Positions 24,444-36,267 of a DNA stretch of 64,000 nucleotides are shown here, piece by piece (the first letter of the stretch is position 1; the number at the start of each line of letters is the position of its first letter). The notes under the pieces were generated by a model. It made no database searches. It was not told the origin of the DNA and worked only from the letters and a program-made list of their open reading frames with translations. The stretch is taken from NCBI GenBank assembly GCA_030295235.1, contig AP026147.1, forward strand, positions 620,001-684,000, written 5' to 3'. The stretch comes from Fistulifera solaris (taxonomy: Eukaryota). Both the position numbers and the translations under genes were made by a program.

Positions 24444-25807
24444 ATGTCATCTTCCGATAGCAGCAGCGACAATAGCAACCTCGTCGAACTGGCGAAACAA
24501 TACTCCGTCGACAGTTCCTTTTCGTCCGATGACAGCCATGAATACGGTAGTATTCGTTTAACGAATGATGAAACAAGAGACGGCATCATGCTGGAAGGTG
24601 TCGGGGAACGAACACCACAAATGACACGAACGGAAATGGGACAAATTGCCGTCAATATTGTCGTGAGCTTTGTTGGAGCCGGTTTGTTGGGGATCCCACA
24701 CGCCTTTTGCGAGCCGGATGGTTGCTCGGGAGTCTGACGCTCTGTGCCACGTCGGCATTGAATCTGTATGCGTTGCTTCTTTTGCCCAAAGTACGAAAAC
24801 GATTGCAAGAACAAGGATTGCAATGTAATTCGTACGGTCAAATGGGTTTGTTGCTTTTGGGCGAGCGGGGAGAAGTTGTAGTCAACGTGTGTCTTGTACT
24901 GAGTCAAACCGGATTCGCCACGGCCTACCTGATATTCATTGCCGACTCCTTGTATCGGATGAAACGGTGGAAAGTTGTATTTGGTTGCGTGCCGGGTTTG
25001 GCATTGCTGGTGCAAGCCCAAGATATGAGTCATCTGAGTCCTTTCAGTTTACTCGCCAATTGCTCCAATCTACTGGGACTGTCAGCGGTATTGTTTCAGG
25101 ATTGGATCCAACTGGAGGACCATTCTTGGGTGGATCGAAACACGGAAGACGACACCGTTCGAGCATTTCAATTCGGAGGTCTCCTGTTTGTTGTAGCCGT
25201 GACGCTCTATTCGATGGAAGGTGTGGGCTTGATATTAAGCTTAGAGTCATCGTGTCGGAACCGAGCGCAATTTCCTTCTTTGTTGAAAACCGTTGTGGGA
25301 GGCATTACTATCTTCATGGCTTTGTTTGGCTCCGCCGGATATTGGGCGTTTCGAAGTGATACCATGGCTCCCATTACGCTGAATCTGGGACACAGTCGGG
25401 CCGCTTCTCTCGTCCAAGGTGCCCTTTGTGTCGCACTTTATTTCACGTACCCCATAATGATGTTCCCCGTCTGGAACATTGCCGAGAATCGCATACTGGA
25501 GTTGCGTCCGGAACAAACGTGTTCGCGCGGGCTGCTGCGCGCTAGTATTGTATTGGCCACAGCAATTGTGGCCTTTGCGGTGCCCGATTTTGGAGAGTAC
25601 TTATCGCTGGTAGGGAGCAGCATCTGTACGATTTTGGGATTTTTGTTTCCGGCCTACTTTCACTTGAAAGTATTTGGTTCCGAATTGGCAGTTGCTCAAT
25701 CGCTATTGAGCCGGGCACTGATTGTGGGTGGCACACTGTTTGCCGTTATCGGGACATTTCAAAGCATGAGCAATATGATTACGAATTCAACGGGAGATAA
25801 CTCATAA
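24444..25807 (+). CDS. Amino acid transporter, AAAP (Aa_trans; PAT/AVT3-like) family
   Basis: Motifs NIVVSFVGAGLLGIPHAF, GWLLG, YSMEGVGLILSLE, YFTYPIMMFP and VPDFGEYLSLVGS. Frameshift near 24708. Confidence 0.9.
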
Positions 25808-25978
25808 ATACTGGCAGTGTTTTCGGAAGCATAAAGCCTGCGGTTCAGATTTTTGGGAGTGAATTTGACTCTGCGCGGCTTTGCAGGGTGGGGACTGGAT
25901 CCCTTCTGCAGACTATCTTTCATAATTTGTTAGCGCTAAGAAAACAAATGATACGGACACCTTAACCGCATTCTTAGT

Positions 25979-28224
25979 TCAATCTAGTGTTTGCTTAGTT
26001 TGTGGATACGAGACCTTTCTTTTCAGCATGAAATCAATTTTTCGGGTCGCGACCACGGAAGCTATGGAAGAGTTCTTCGGGTGCCCTGGTGTTGCCAGCA
26101 CCATAGATGAACTCTCTTGCTTTACGAGCGACTTCCGGGTCAAAAATATTGCCAGATTCTTCAAAAGCAGCGAAGGCGTCTGCATCTAATACTTCGGCCC
26201 ATTGGTAAACGTAATATCCAGCAGCGTACATGGAAGTGGCGAAGAGATGCGAAAAGTGGGCTGGCCGATGCCGCATCACAATGGCGGCGGGCATTCCCAA
26301 ACGCTCCAATTCTTGCTTTTCAAAAGCCATCATGTCAAAGTCGGTATAATCATCCAATTGATGCATCTTCATATCGAGTAAAGCACAAATCGAATACTCG
26401 ACGGTACGAAATCCTTGTTGGAAAGAACGCGCGGCACGAAGTTTCTCCAACAGTTCGTCAGGAATGGGTTCACCGGTCTCATAGTGCTTGCAGTATTGTT
26501 TCAGAACACTGGTTTGATCGAACCAATGTTCCATCAATTGAGAAGGAAGTTCGACAAAATCAGTCAACACATTGGTCGAGGCCAAGCGTCCATAGTCCGC
26601 GTTCGAAAGCATTCCATGGTGCGCGTGGCCGAATTCATGGAAAAGCGTGTGGCAATCATCGTAGCTCAAGAAGGTATGCTGAGATCCTTTGGCAAAGTTG
26701 TTGTTGTTGATGACGATGGGAACCTGCAAAATGGGGTCCGATCCCAACGGTAAATTGCGACTTTGACTGCGAAATTCACTCATCCATGCTCCGCCGCTCT
26801 TGTGAGAACGTGCGAAATTGTCGTGTAAGAAGACGGCCACGAGACGGTCCTTTTCCCGGACTTCGTACACATCCACATCGGGATGATAGACTTGTAAGTC
26901 GGGACGTTTCGTGTAGGTCAGACCAAACAATTTGTTCGTGACAGCAAATAAGGCTTCACGCGCTGCATCAAGAGTAAAATAGGGCCGCAACAAGCTTTCG
27001 TCTAAATCGTACTTGGTCTGACGCACCTTTTCGGCATAATAGCGCCAATCCCACGCCTGCAATCCTCCCTTCCAGGCATACGTTCTCATCTTGCACAAAT
27101 TCTTCGAGCATCTTTCGTTCTTGATTTGCTGCTTCTTTGGCTCGAACCCATACATTCTCCAACAAGTCGTTCACTTTTTCTGGAGTTTGTGCCATGCGAT
27201 CCGCACATTGAAAGGCGGCAAAGTTGGGATAGCCGTGGATTTGTGCCAAGCGCTGTCGCAGTTGTAAAATTTGTTTCGTCAGTGCCAGATTGGTTTGCTC
27301 CCCACGTGCGACCCACGCTTCCCACACTTGTTGCCGCAACTGGCGATTGTCACTGTACGTCAAGAATGGTTCCACCATGGATCGACTGAGGGTCATGAAT
27401 GTCTGCTGTTCGGTATGACCACGCTCTTCGGCCGCCGCCTTGGCCGCTTCAATCAACGACGCGGGACATCCGGACCAGTCCTTGATTTCCAAAGTCCACG
27501 AGGCTTCTTCCGCCATGGCATTTTGCTGAAATTGCGTCTGTAAAGTAGCGAGTTGCGCTTGAATGTCACTGACTTCGGCTTGTTGTTCCGCTGACAAAGC
27601 CGCCCCGGCACGCACAAAATCCAAATGAATGCGTTCGACCAAGCGCTGTTGTTCCAGCGTGAGTTCCAACGTCTCGCGTTGTTGATACACGCAATCAATG
27701 GCGGTGAACAATCCCGGAATTTGGTACGTTTGACTGGCGTGTCGAGACAACAATGGAGCCATTTGTGTTTGTACGGCTTGCAGTTCGGGAGGATTTTGAC
27801 TAGAACATAAATTCGAATAGACTCCGGTGACACGATCCAGTAAAGCTCCCGCACGATCGAATGTGGCGATGGTCGACTCGAAGGAGGGTTCCGGATGTTG
27901 AGCAATTTCTTCGAGTTCTTGCAAATGAATTTGCATGGCTTCTTGCAAAGCGGGTGCAAAATGAACAACTTGAATTTGTTGAAAAGGAGGAAGCTGAAAG
28001 GGTTGTGAAGACCAGTCCGTGAGGAGTGGATTGTGAATTGTTGTAGTCGCCGTGGATGGTGTTGACATGGTGAAGGCAAACAAAACGGATGAACGAAACA
28101 AACTGGTCCGCGTGTTGCGAGCGGCGGAAGATAAATGACTACGAACGCCGTGTAGAAAGGAAGAAGAGGGTTTTGCTTTGTAAGCAAAACAAGTGACAAT
28201 CAACGAATAATTACTCAATCGCAT
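25979..28224 (-). CDS. M3 family metallopeptidase (peptidyl-dipeptidase Dcp/oligopeptidase A-like) with organelle-targeting presequence
   Basis: Motifs HEFGH, DFVELPSQLMEHW, YAAGYYVYQWAEVLDADAF and FRGRDP. Frameshifts near 27080 and 26040. The N-terminal extension is Ser/Arg-rich. Confidence 0.92.
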
Positions 28225-28368
28225 GATTGCTTTATCGTTTGTGTTTGCTTTTTCAATGTGTTGCGTCGACAAAGCCACATAGAAACGCACCGCCCGCCAC
28301 ACCGCATCGCCGATCACCCAGATTTTCTGAGAAAATTTCCGTCAGACTAAAATAAAGACAAGCGCATG

Positions 28369-29313
28369 ATTTACTATGGGCCAAAGTGATGGTTTACGGA
28401 GACCACGACTGCAATTCAGTCATCAGTCAATATATTCTTTTGAGCAACAATGCTGCCTACAATTCTTTAGTCCAGCCAAATATCTTGCGCTCCGTTTGCC
28501 GTTGTTGCAAATAAAGTAGATTCTAACAGCGTTTGCGTTACACGTCCTTCAAATTTACTTCGAAGAGCCTTGCAGAACGTTGTCTTCCGAATTTACTATG
28601 GGCCAAAGTGATGGTTTACGGAGACCACGACTGCAATTCAGTCATCAGTCAATATAATCTTTTGAAAACAATGCTGCCTAGACCTACAATTCTTTGGTCC
28701 AGCCAAATATCTTGCGCTCCGTTTGCCGTTGTTGCAAATAAAGTAGATTCTAACAGCGTTTGCGTTACACGGCATTTTTAAAATTTACTTCGAAGAGCCT
28801 TGCAGAACGTTGTCTTCCGAATTTACTATGGGCCAAAGTGATGGTTTACGGAGACCACGACTGCAATTCAGTCATCAGTCAATATAATCTTTTGAGCAAC
28901 AATGCTTTGGTCCAGCCAAATATCTTGCGCTCCGTTTGCCGTTGTTGCAAATAAAGTAGATTCTAACAGCGTATGCGTTACACGGCATTTTTAATTTACT
29001 TCGAAGAGCCTTGCAGAACGTTGTCTTCCGAATTTACTATGGGCCAAAGTGATGGTTTACGGAGACCACGACTGCAATTCAGTCATCAGTCAATATAATC
29101 TTTTGAAAACAATGCTGCCTACAATTCTTTGGTTTAGCCAAATATCTTGCGCTCCGTTTGCCGTTGTTGCAAACAAAGTAGATTCTAACAGTGTTTGCGT
29201 TACACGGCATTTTTAATTTACTTCGAAGAGCCTTGCAGAACGTTGTCTTCCGAATTTACTATGGGCCAAAGTGATGGTTTTACGGAGACCACGACTGCAA
29301 TTCGGTCATGAGT
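28369..29313. repeat. Near-identical ~222-bp tandem repeat, about 4.3 copies
   Basis: atttactatgggccaaagtgatggtttacggagaccacgactgcaattc starts at 28369, 28591, 28821, 29032 and 29254. Confidence 0.97.
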
Positions 29314-29514
29314 CACGAATCTGTTCGTGATTATAGCACTCCGCCAGACTTTCTGGACAGCTGTATGTAAACACCGCGCTATCCCACACCCGCAGAAGCC
29401 ATACCAGGTACGCCATACCCGTTGAATCGAAAGTGACGACAAAAGCTTCTGTAACTACTCCCACTATCATTATAAGTCATCGCTTTCTCTCTTGATTGCT
29501 CTTTTTGATTCACC

Positions 29515-30567
29515 ATGGAGTTAGATGAAGCGTCTATCGAAAATGCATTCGCGATTTTAGCCCTTTATCAGTTTCTCGATCACAAACTTTCCCCCGAAGT
29601 TGTGGCCGACCGTCGCGATCAGTTGGAGGCTTTCCTTCGACTCAAAACAGCACGCGGAATGATCATTCTCGCGCAAGAAGGCATTAATGGGACCATTTGT
29701 TTTCCGTCCGAACACAAAGACGCTGTCATGACTCATTTATTGCACGATTTTCCGAATTTACGAACGCGGCTCTCCTATCATCCAGAAAACGTCTTTTTTC
29801 GCCTCAAAGTCCGTATCAAGTCAGAAATTGTGACATTGGGCGTCAATGCCACTGTTTCCGATCCAACTTTGCAGGTTGGCACTTACGTAGAACCTGGCGA
29901 AGATTGGGATACGCTTTTAAAAGATCCAAATTGTCTAGTGATAGATACGCGCAATGAATATGAATATCAAGTCGGGACGTTTCACAATGCCATTAATCCA
30001 CACACGCATTCCTTTGTCGATTTTCCGGAATGGATCCAAGAAAACATGGATCAGATGAAACAAGTCACAAAAGTAGCCATGTTTTGTACGGGAGGTATTC
30101 GTTGTGAAAAGGCGACGGCGTACTGCATGAATTTACTCAAGGATTCGCCGCACCAACCAGAGATTTATCATTTAAAAGGAGGCATTCTGGGTTATCTGGA
30201 TACTGTTCAGGAAGAGAAATCGTTGTTCAAAGGTGAATGCTACGTATTTGATCGGAGAACGGCGGTTCAGCATGGTTTGAAGCCTTCGACCACCTATGTA
30301 CCATGTCATGCCTGCCGTCATCCGCTGACGGCCGAAGATCGGTTGCATCCCGATTATGAAGAAGGTGTTTCTTGTCACGTCTGCATCGATAGTCGTCAGA
30401 CACGACGTGAACGATATGAGTCTCGACAAAAGCAAATGAAATTATGGGATACTCATCTGCACGATCGAAAAGAGCGCAAACTGCAGAATCAACTCCAACG
30501 TGTCGATCCTGCTACTAGCGGTTCGAATACGAATACCGGTAGTCTCTTGATAGAAGGGAGCATCTGA
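29515..30567 (+). CDS. trhO: Rhodanese-domain tRNA uridine(34) hydroxylase TrhO/YceA-like
   Basis: Motifs LAQEGINGTI, IDTRNEYEYQVGTF, MFCTGGIRCEKA, YHLKGGILGY and FKGECYVFDRR. Intact ORF. Confidence 0.9.
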   Translation: MELDEASIENAFAILALYQFLDHKLSPEVVADRRDQLEAFLRLKTARGMIILAQEGINGTICFPSEHKDAVMTHLLHDFPNLRTRLSYHPENVFFRLKVRIKSEIVTLGVNATVSDPTLQVGTYVEPGEDWDTLLKDPNCLVIDTRNEYEYQVGTFHNAINPHTHSFVDFPEWIQENMDQMKQVTKVAMFCTGGIRCEKATAYCMNLLKDSPHQPEIYHLKGGILGYLDTVQEEKSLFKGECYVFDRRTAVQHGLKPSTTYVPCHACRHPLTAEDRLHPDYEEGVSCHVCIDSRQTRRERYESRQKQMKLWDTHLHDRKERKLQNQLQRVDPATSGSNTNTGSLLIEGSI

Positions 30568-30937
30568 TGTCGAATATAGTCCTTTTTAAATTTAGAGCAA
30601 AATGCGAAGGAGCGCATTGTCGAGAATTCGACTTTGAAGCGCACCGATTTAGAGCTTGTCCCATCAGCAAAAAGCAGGTCAATTTCTACAGTCATCGATA
30701 CAACTTTATTAACGGAAGTCTACCGTCTTTGGAGCGTCGCATCTAATTAATGAAAGATAAAATGACTTTGAAGCACCAGTATACATTATCCCGACACTTC
30801 CTCCAACAATAAGTGAACGACTAAATAGTACAGGCTCGTCGCTTTCCTATAACACAAAATAATAAAATGGTAAGGTATAAGGTAGCGTTTACACACCAAC
30901 CTCACCCGTTCGCTCCGCCGCGTGCATAATGTCGAAA

Positions 30938-31796
30938 TTACAAGGCACGAGCTTCGGTCTCTCCGCCTCCACCGACTTCCACCTGAGGCAAAGCATTGCT
31001 CACTCGATCACTCAACTCCTGCGGCGGAAATCGGGAGAATCGACTGGCCGACGACTGAAAGGCAACACCATTGGCGTCTGTTCCGGTCCACACCACGTAG
31101 ATTGTCAAGTCACACAGAGTCTTTCCCTCTGACGCGAGCACATTGCATTCGTCTTCCGTGATTTCACATCCTCTCGTCGGCTGTCCTGACGTGGCCTGAG
31201 TTTGCTGTACACCATTGAAATCGTAGGTGATTTCGGGACACTTATCACTGGAGCAGAATACGCAAGAATCGTCCCAGGTAACTCCTCGCACCATTCCGTC
31301 TTTGACATCAATAATGGCCGTCAAGTAGGGGAACACTCGAGCCTCGACGGCATCGTAATAAACGCGAAGAAATCCACTCTTATCTTGTGCCGCGGCCGCA
31401 ATTGTCACATCTCGTTGATAAAAGACAGTTTCCGACTCGACCACTAAATCATTGAATGCTAAAGAAAAGAAGCGCGGTGATGAGAGTCATGCGAGTCATC
31501 CGTAAAGCACGACGCAAGCGGGGCGAATTCTTACAATTGGGAATGTGCATTCGTGAATACTGATCCGCTTCTGGCTGAAACGATAAACGAATATAATCTA
31601 CACCACGAGCCCAGTCTTTGGTATTGCCGACGTGAAAGCACACAATGGTCTGTTTCCCAATCTCAATTTTTTCGAGGGTGTCGACCGAAGCGCCAGAAAA
31701 GGTCGCTTGACAACCTCCCCATTGGTCGCCGTTAGTCTCATTTTGAGCAGCAACCAGCGAGCTTAGTAGCGCGAATAAAAGGGAAAATGATTTCAT
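30938..31796 (-). CDS. Secreted Cys-containing hypothetical protein
   Basis: Signal peptide MKSFSLLFALLSSLVAAQ. Intron 31444..31534 joins the two ORFs. WDDSCVFC and CDLTIYVVWTGTD segments. Confidence 0.75.
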
Positions 31797-32413
31797 TGTT
31801 ACAAGGTAATCGATATCGTATAAATAAGATTGATAATGCTCTATTATCGTTAACAGTGAAACGCTTGCAAAATGTCTCTTTTTCTCGTCCGCATGCAGCG
31901 TTGGGGGCGTCAGGGCGACGATGGATTTCGGATGGATCATTTGCTACCGGTACGATCTTTTCGGTGCAACTGGATTACTTAATCCAGGACTCATACAGTA
32001 AAGTTCAGTCACGATCTGTCAAGAGAGGAGATACACTTCAGATGATAGTCCTACCTGGTAGTAATGCTGCGACAAAAATGTACGTTTGAACGGAAACAGA
32101 ATGAATAAACAAAAAAAAAGCCTTTTTTTGCGCATTTCTCTCTTGCACGACCAGACACTTCCCATTGTCAAGCAAATCATTCTCTTTTAAAGAGGCTGAA
32201 TTCATTCTTACGAAAGTGCAAAGATAGAAGCCAATGCAAAAGTAATTGAAGGAAGCACAGCAGCTGCTATATCACTTTCCTCCTTTCTGTACCTTCGGCT
32301 TTGCGATTTGAATTTCGTCATTTCTTGTTGTTGACGTTTGCTGAAACATTGCCATCGAACGCATTGAATCGAAAAAACATATTTCAATTTTTCATCCATC
32401 AAACATCGACAGT

Positions 32414-33201
32414 ATGGAAGACCGCCTTCATGGACTCGCCGACTCGTTTCGTCGCGAACGTGACGATGCGTTGCGACGCAAAATGACAGCTCAAGAACGA
32501 TTGACGTTGAAGAAACAAGAAGTGGATGCCATGGCTGTTACTTTGAAAAATCTACAAGAAAAGCAGAAGCAATTGAAAGCACATATGAGTAAGGCGGAGC
32601 AGAACGAAGTATTGCGCAAGGAAGTGTTGCAATTGACGAAAGAAGTAAGTGTCGTTCGGATGGGTTGGTGGTGTCAAGTTTTGATATTATGCGACATTCG
32701 TTCAATCTCAATGCTCTTTCTTCTGTGCTTCAGGTGGAGTTTCAGCATGCTCAGCTTTTGAATAAACGCGAGAAAGCAGAAGCGCTTCGGGGAGAACTTG
32801 CCGTCAAAGTGAAGCAGCGTCAGCTCTCACTCACCAAAGTTCGTGACCTCCTGCACCAGCAGCGTGAGAAGAACCAGCAAATGATTCAATCGTTGACCAC
32901 GGGACGTTCGGAAAACAAGTTGAAGTCAGTAGAAGCCGCGAAAGAACTTCTCTTGCTGGAGCTCAAGAACGATCACGACGGACACAACGTGAAAAAGTGG
33001 CGTGACTGGGTGCAAGTCAAGATTCAGTTTCTCTCCGATCAAGGCGAGCACAAACGTCGTGAATGTGCTCGTCTTAAAACGATCATTGAAGGATATCGCA
33101 CGAACATGCGTCTTTCGATCTGTGATTTGAAGAAGAAGGATGAAACGTCTGGTGATGTCGTCTCCGACACACCTGCGGTCATGATGGAATGCAACGCTTG
33201 A
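32414..33201 (+). CDS. Coiled-coil hypothetical protein
   Basis: Two ORFs join through intron 32645..32733 (LTKE-VEFQH); heptad-rich. Confidence 0.7.
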
Positions 33202-33399
33202 TCATCGAGTGCGAAAAGCCAAGTCCGAAACGCGAATAGATTCCGTAACAAAACCTTTTAGTTGTTGACTTGATTCTTTTCTTTGTACTTTCTCTATAGT
33301 TTTACATCACTACCTGGGATCAAAATACGTTCAACTCACCGACGAAAGCTTTATACAATTTTTCGACACAATCTTAACAAAATGGGTGTAGATCGGACT

Positions 33400-34260
33400 T
33401 CAGCCCCAATAGTCTCCATGTTCTGCTTGGACTAGAAACCTTGTGGCGTGCTCGACGGTGATTCGGTTTGTCGTGTGTTCTGCTTCGCCCCACAATTGAG
33501 CGGCCGCATTCATCGCATCATTGACCCATTTCTTTCTCATCCTGTTGTTGTCCTTGGCGCTGAGTGGTGGAAGTGATAGACGTCTGTATCGCATAGCTTT
33601 CTTGGGGTCTTTTAAACAATGATTAAGAACAACTAACAACTGCAGCGCCTCAAAATGCCATGGCTTCAAACCAATCGCACGTTCGGCCATCTCGGCGGCT
33701 CTCGGCAGTTGATCCACTCCTTGGTGAAACAGCAACATTGCTAAGCGCGAATGAGGTTCGGCCCAACCAGGAAATTGCCGCGTCATTTCTTCCAGCATTG
33801 CTTCCTCGTCGACCAACCCCTCCGAGCATTCTTTCTGCATGTGCAACATGGCCGCCGCCGCATTCTTATCCTTTTCCGTGGTCCACAGATGCACCAGTTC
33901 ATCCAACGCATCGTCTGAGTTCTCTAGACTTTGTAAGAGTTCGATTTCGAGTTCACGGAAGCTTCTCCCCGTGCTGGTAAGGAACATGTGTCGGGCTTTG
34001 GCTTCGGCAATAATGCCTTCTCGCAATATGCTACTTTGTCGATCAATGGCAAAGTATTCTTCGAGACGCATTCGAACGCGGTCGAGTTCATCCTGTTCCG
34101 CATAATCGGGATCGCGATAAAACAAAATGGAAGACGCACGAGCCGTCATTGCTGGTGCCTCAAGAATTCTCGGGGTGAATGCTAGCGCTGTCCCTATTGT
34201 TATGCACACGAAAGAAAAGGCACGCCACCAAAACGCAGTAGTGTTGTTTGTACAAATCAT
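33400..34260 (-). CDS. TPR-like protein with bipartite plastid presequence (paralog A)
   Basis: TALA-FTP cleavage-like motif; FPGWAEPHSRLAMLLF and AIGLKPWHFEAL TPR-type helices. Confidence 0.75.
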   Translation of the reverse strand: MICTNNTTAFWWRAFSFVCITIGTALAFTPRILEAPAMTARASSILFYRDPDYAEQDELDRVRMRLEEYFAIDRQSSILREGIIAEAKARHMFLTSTGRSFRELEIELLQSLENSDDALDELVHLWTTEKDKNAAAAMLHMQKECSEGLVDEEAMLEEMTRQFPGWAEPHSRLAMLLFHQGVDQLPRAAEMAERAIGLKPWHFEALQLLVVLNHCLKDPKKAMRYRRLSLPPLSAKDNNRMRKKWVNDAMNAAAQLWGEAEHTTNRITVEHATRFLVQAEHGDYWG

Positions 34261-34971
34261 GGTGTTCTTGCTCGTTGTTGTTGTGTAAAACGTCTTGAGA
34301 ACTCGCTTTGATAGAAAGAGAAGAAGAAGAATCGGTTGACACACGGCGAAGGATTGGGTCGATCATTCTCTCCATCGACAGAACAAAAACCATCCAATGC
34401 CTCTGTTTCAGAATTCTGCCGATCTTGCTTTCACGGAAAGATCGGAACCCTTTGGCGAAGTGACGGGTGATGAACAGTACACTTTCGTAGATGCCGTACA
34501 GAAACTACTTTTGTTCCACAGTGTGAAGGTGCGTCATTGGAGTACTCTTTGTTGTCATAGGGGGATGCATCACTTCAACGGACCATCTGGCGCAGCCGGC
34601 CGACAGAAAGAAAGACGAACTGGATTCCGTCGAACAGAAACGAATTTACGGCGGCATCGGACGTTCCTCTGCTAAAGCTCTTGGCTAGAGAGAGAAAAGA
34701 GAACATCTATAGCTAGTGAATGCATTCGTCTCGTTACTATCCATGGGGACTTTAGCAAGCGCTAGGAAAGATGTTCGTTTGTAGACTACATAATGTGACG
34801 AAGCTTACCAGTATAGTGTCACGGTCACAGTCAATGAAATAAATCTTTATCAAAGTGTTTCGATTCATCGACTGCAAAGAACTATGATATGTACGGTGAA
34901 AGAAGATCAGCGGATAGGTTAACATATATTGCCAAGGGGTCTCAATTCATCATCTTTGATAAGCATAACAA

Positions 34972-35796
34972 TTACTGCCAGCTGTCGTCCGATGTCTTGG
35001 TAAGCGTAACCGTACGTTTACTCGTTCCTTGCTTGATAGAGCTTGTTATGCGTTCTGCTTCCTGAAAGCGCCCCTTCGCTTGCATCAACGACCGTTTGAC
35101 CCAATCCTTTCGATCTCTGTTTTTTGTTTCCCGGATCCAGAGGGGTAACGCCAAACTACTCCAATGCATCGATCCTTCCATGTCATGAAAATTGGCGCTG
35201 ATGGCCACCATTAAATGCAAGGCTTCAAAATGCCAAGGCTTCAAATCAATCGCCCGAACTGCCATATCGGCAGCAATAGATCCATGCATAGGACCACCTT
35301 TGTGGAATAAGACGGCAGCGAGACGAGCATGAGGTTCCGCCCATCCGGGATGTTCTTCAATCAATTGCCACAGACGAGCTTCTTCAATTTCGAGACCCCT
35401 GGAGCAAGAGACATCCATGAACAACATGTCGGACGCCGCATCTTCGTCTCTTTCGGTGGTCCACAAATGCACCAGCTGGTCGATGGCGTCGTCGGAATCT
35501 TCTAAACTTTGGAGCAGTTGCATCTCGACCTCACGCATGCGACGTCCCGAAGTCGTCAGAAAGAGCTGATTTCGTTCCGCCTCGGCAATGAAACCCTCTC
35601 GAATGAAGCTATCATCGTGATGATCCATGAGTCTTTCGAATCGAGCCCGATTTCTCTCAATGTCGTCACGATCGGATCGGGTGGAGTACGAGAGCGTCGC
35701 GAGGGCCATACGCGACGAAGAATGACGAGGGACGGTGAAGGAGTCGACGGCTACCGTAGAGGCGGTAACGAGGAGAAGAAAGGAGCGGTATATCAT
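34972..35796 (-). CDS. TPR-like protein with bipartite plastid presequence (paralog B)
   Basis: VDS-FTVP motif; HPGWAEPHARLAAVLF and AIDLKPWHFEAL; collinear similarity with 33400..34260. Confidence 0.75.
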   Translation of the reverse strand: MIYRSFLLLVTASTVAVDSFTVPRHSSSRMALATLSYSTRSDRDDIERNRARFERLMDHHDDSFIREGFIAEAERNQLFLTTSGRRMREVEMQLLQSLEDSDDAIDQLVHLWTTERDEDAASDMLFMDVSCSRGLEIEEARLWQLIEEHPGWAEPHARLAAVLFHKGGPMHGSIAADMAVRAIDLKPWHFEALHLMVAISANFHDMEGSMHWSSLALPLWIRETKNRDRKDWVKRSLMQAKGRFQEAERITSSIKQGTSKRTVTLTKTSDDSWQ

Positions 35797-36267
35797 GATG
35801 AAAAGGTTCGTTGGAGATGTCAGATAGAAACGAGAAGAAATGGACGAAATAAGGATTCGTGAAGATTTTGTGTTTTCGAGTGTTGATGTTTTTTCTTTGA
35901 TGGTTGATGGCTTTTGGGCACGCACTTCGGCGTTTTTCTCTCATCGAATGCGAAGAGTGCAGCCATCAAGTACACGTTACGTGATAGTGATTGGAAGAAC
36001 TCTTTGTTGACTGTTATCTGAAGAGTAGAAAAGAGTGTCCGGTATTCGATGCTGGAAGAAACAGTGGCCAGAATGTCACACACACGCCGGTCGATCCGTT
36101 TTGGCTCGTGAATAAGGCCAGTTCGTGATTGGATCGGGACTGAGGTTGCGGATCGCGATGAAGACTTTTGTTTTCACGACCCGCGTCACTGCTGCGAAAA
36201 TGTATTGCATTGCTTCGATCCTTTTCTTCTAATTGCACATGTTGCGCATTGCGTCTATGATATTAAA

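Noticed and set aside
28533..29442. Repeated small ORFs (MRYT..FTSKSLAERC)
   Set aside because: They derive from the tandem repeat, use non-ATG starts and are broken by frame-disrupting indels.
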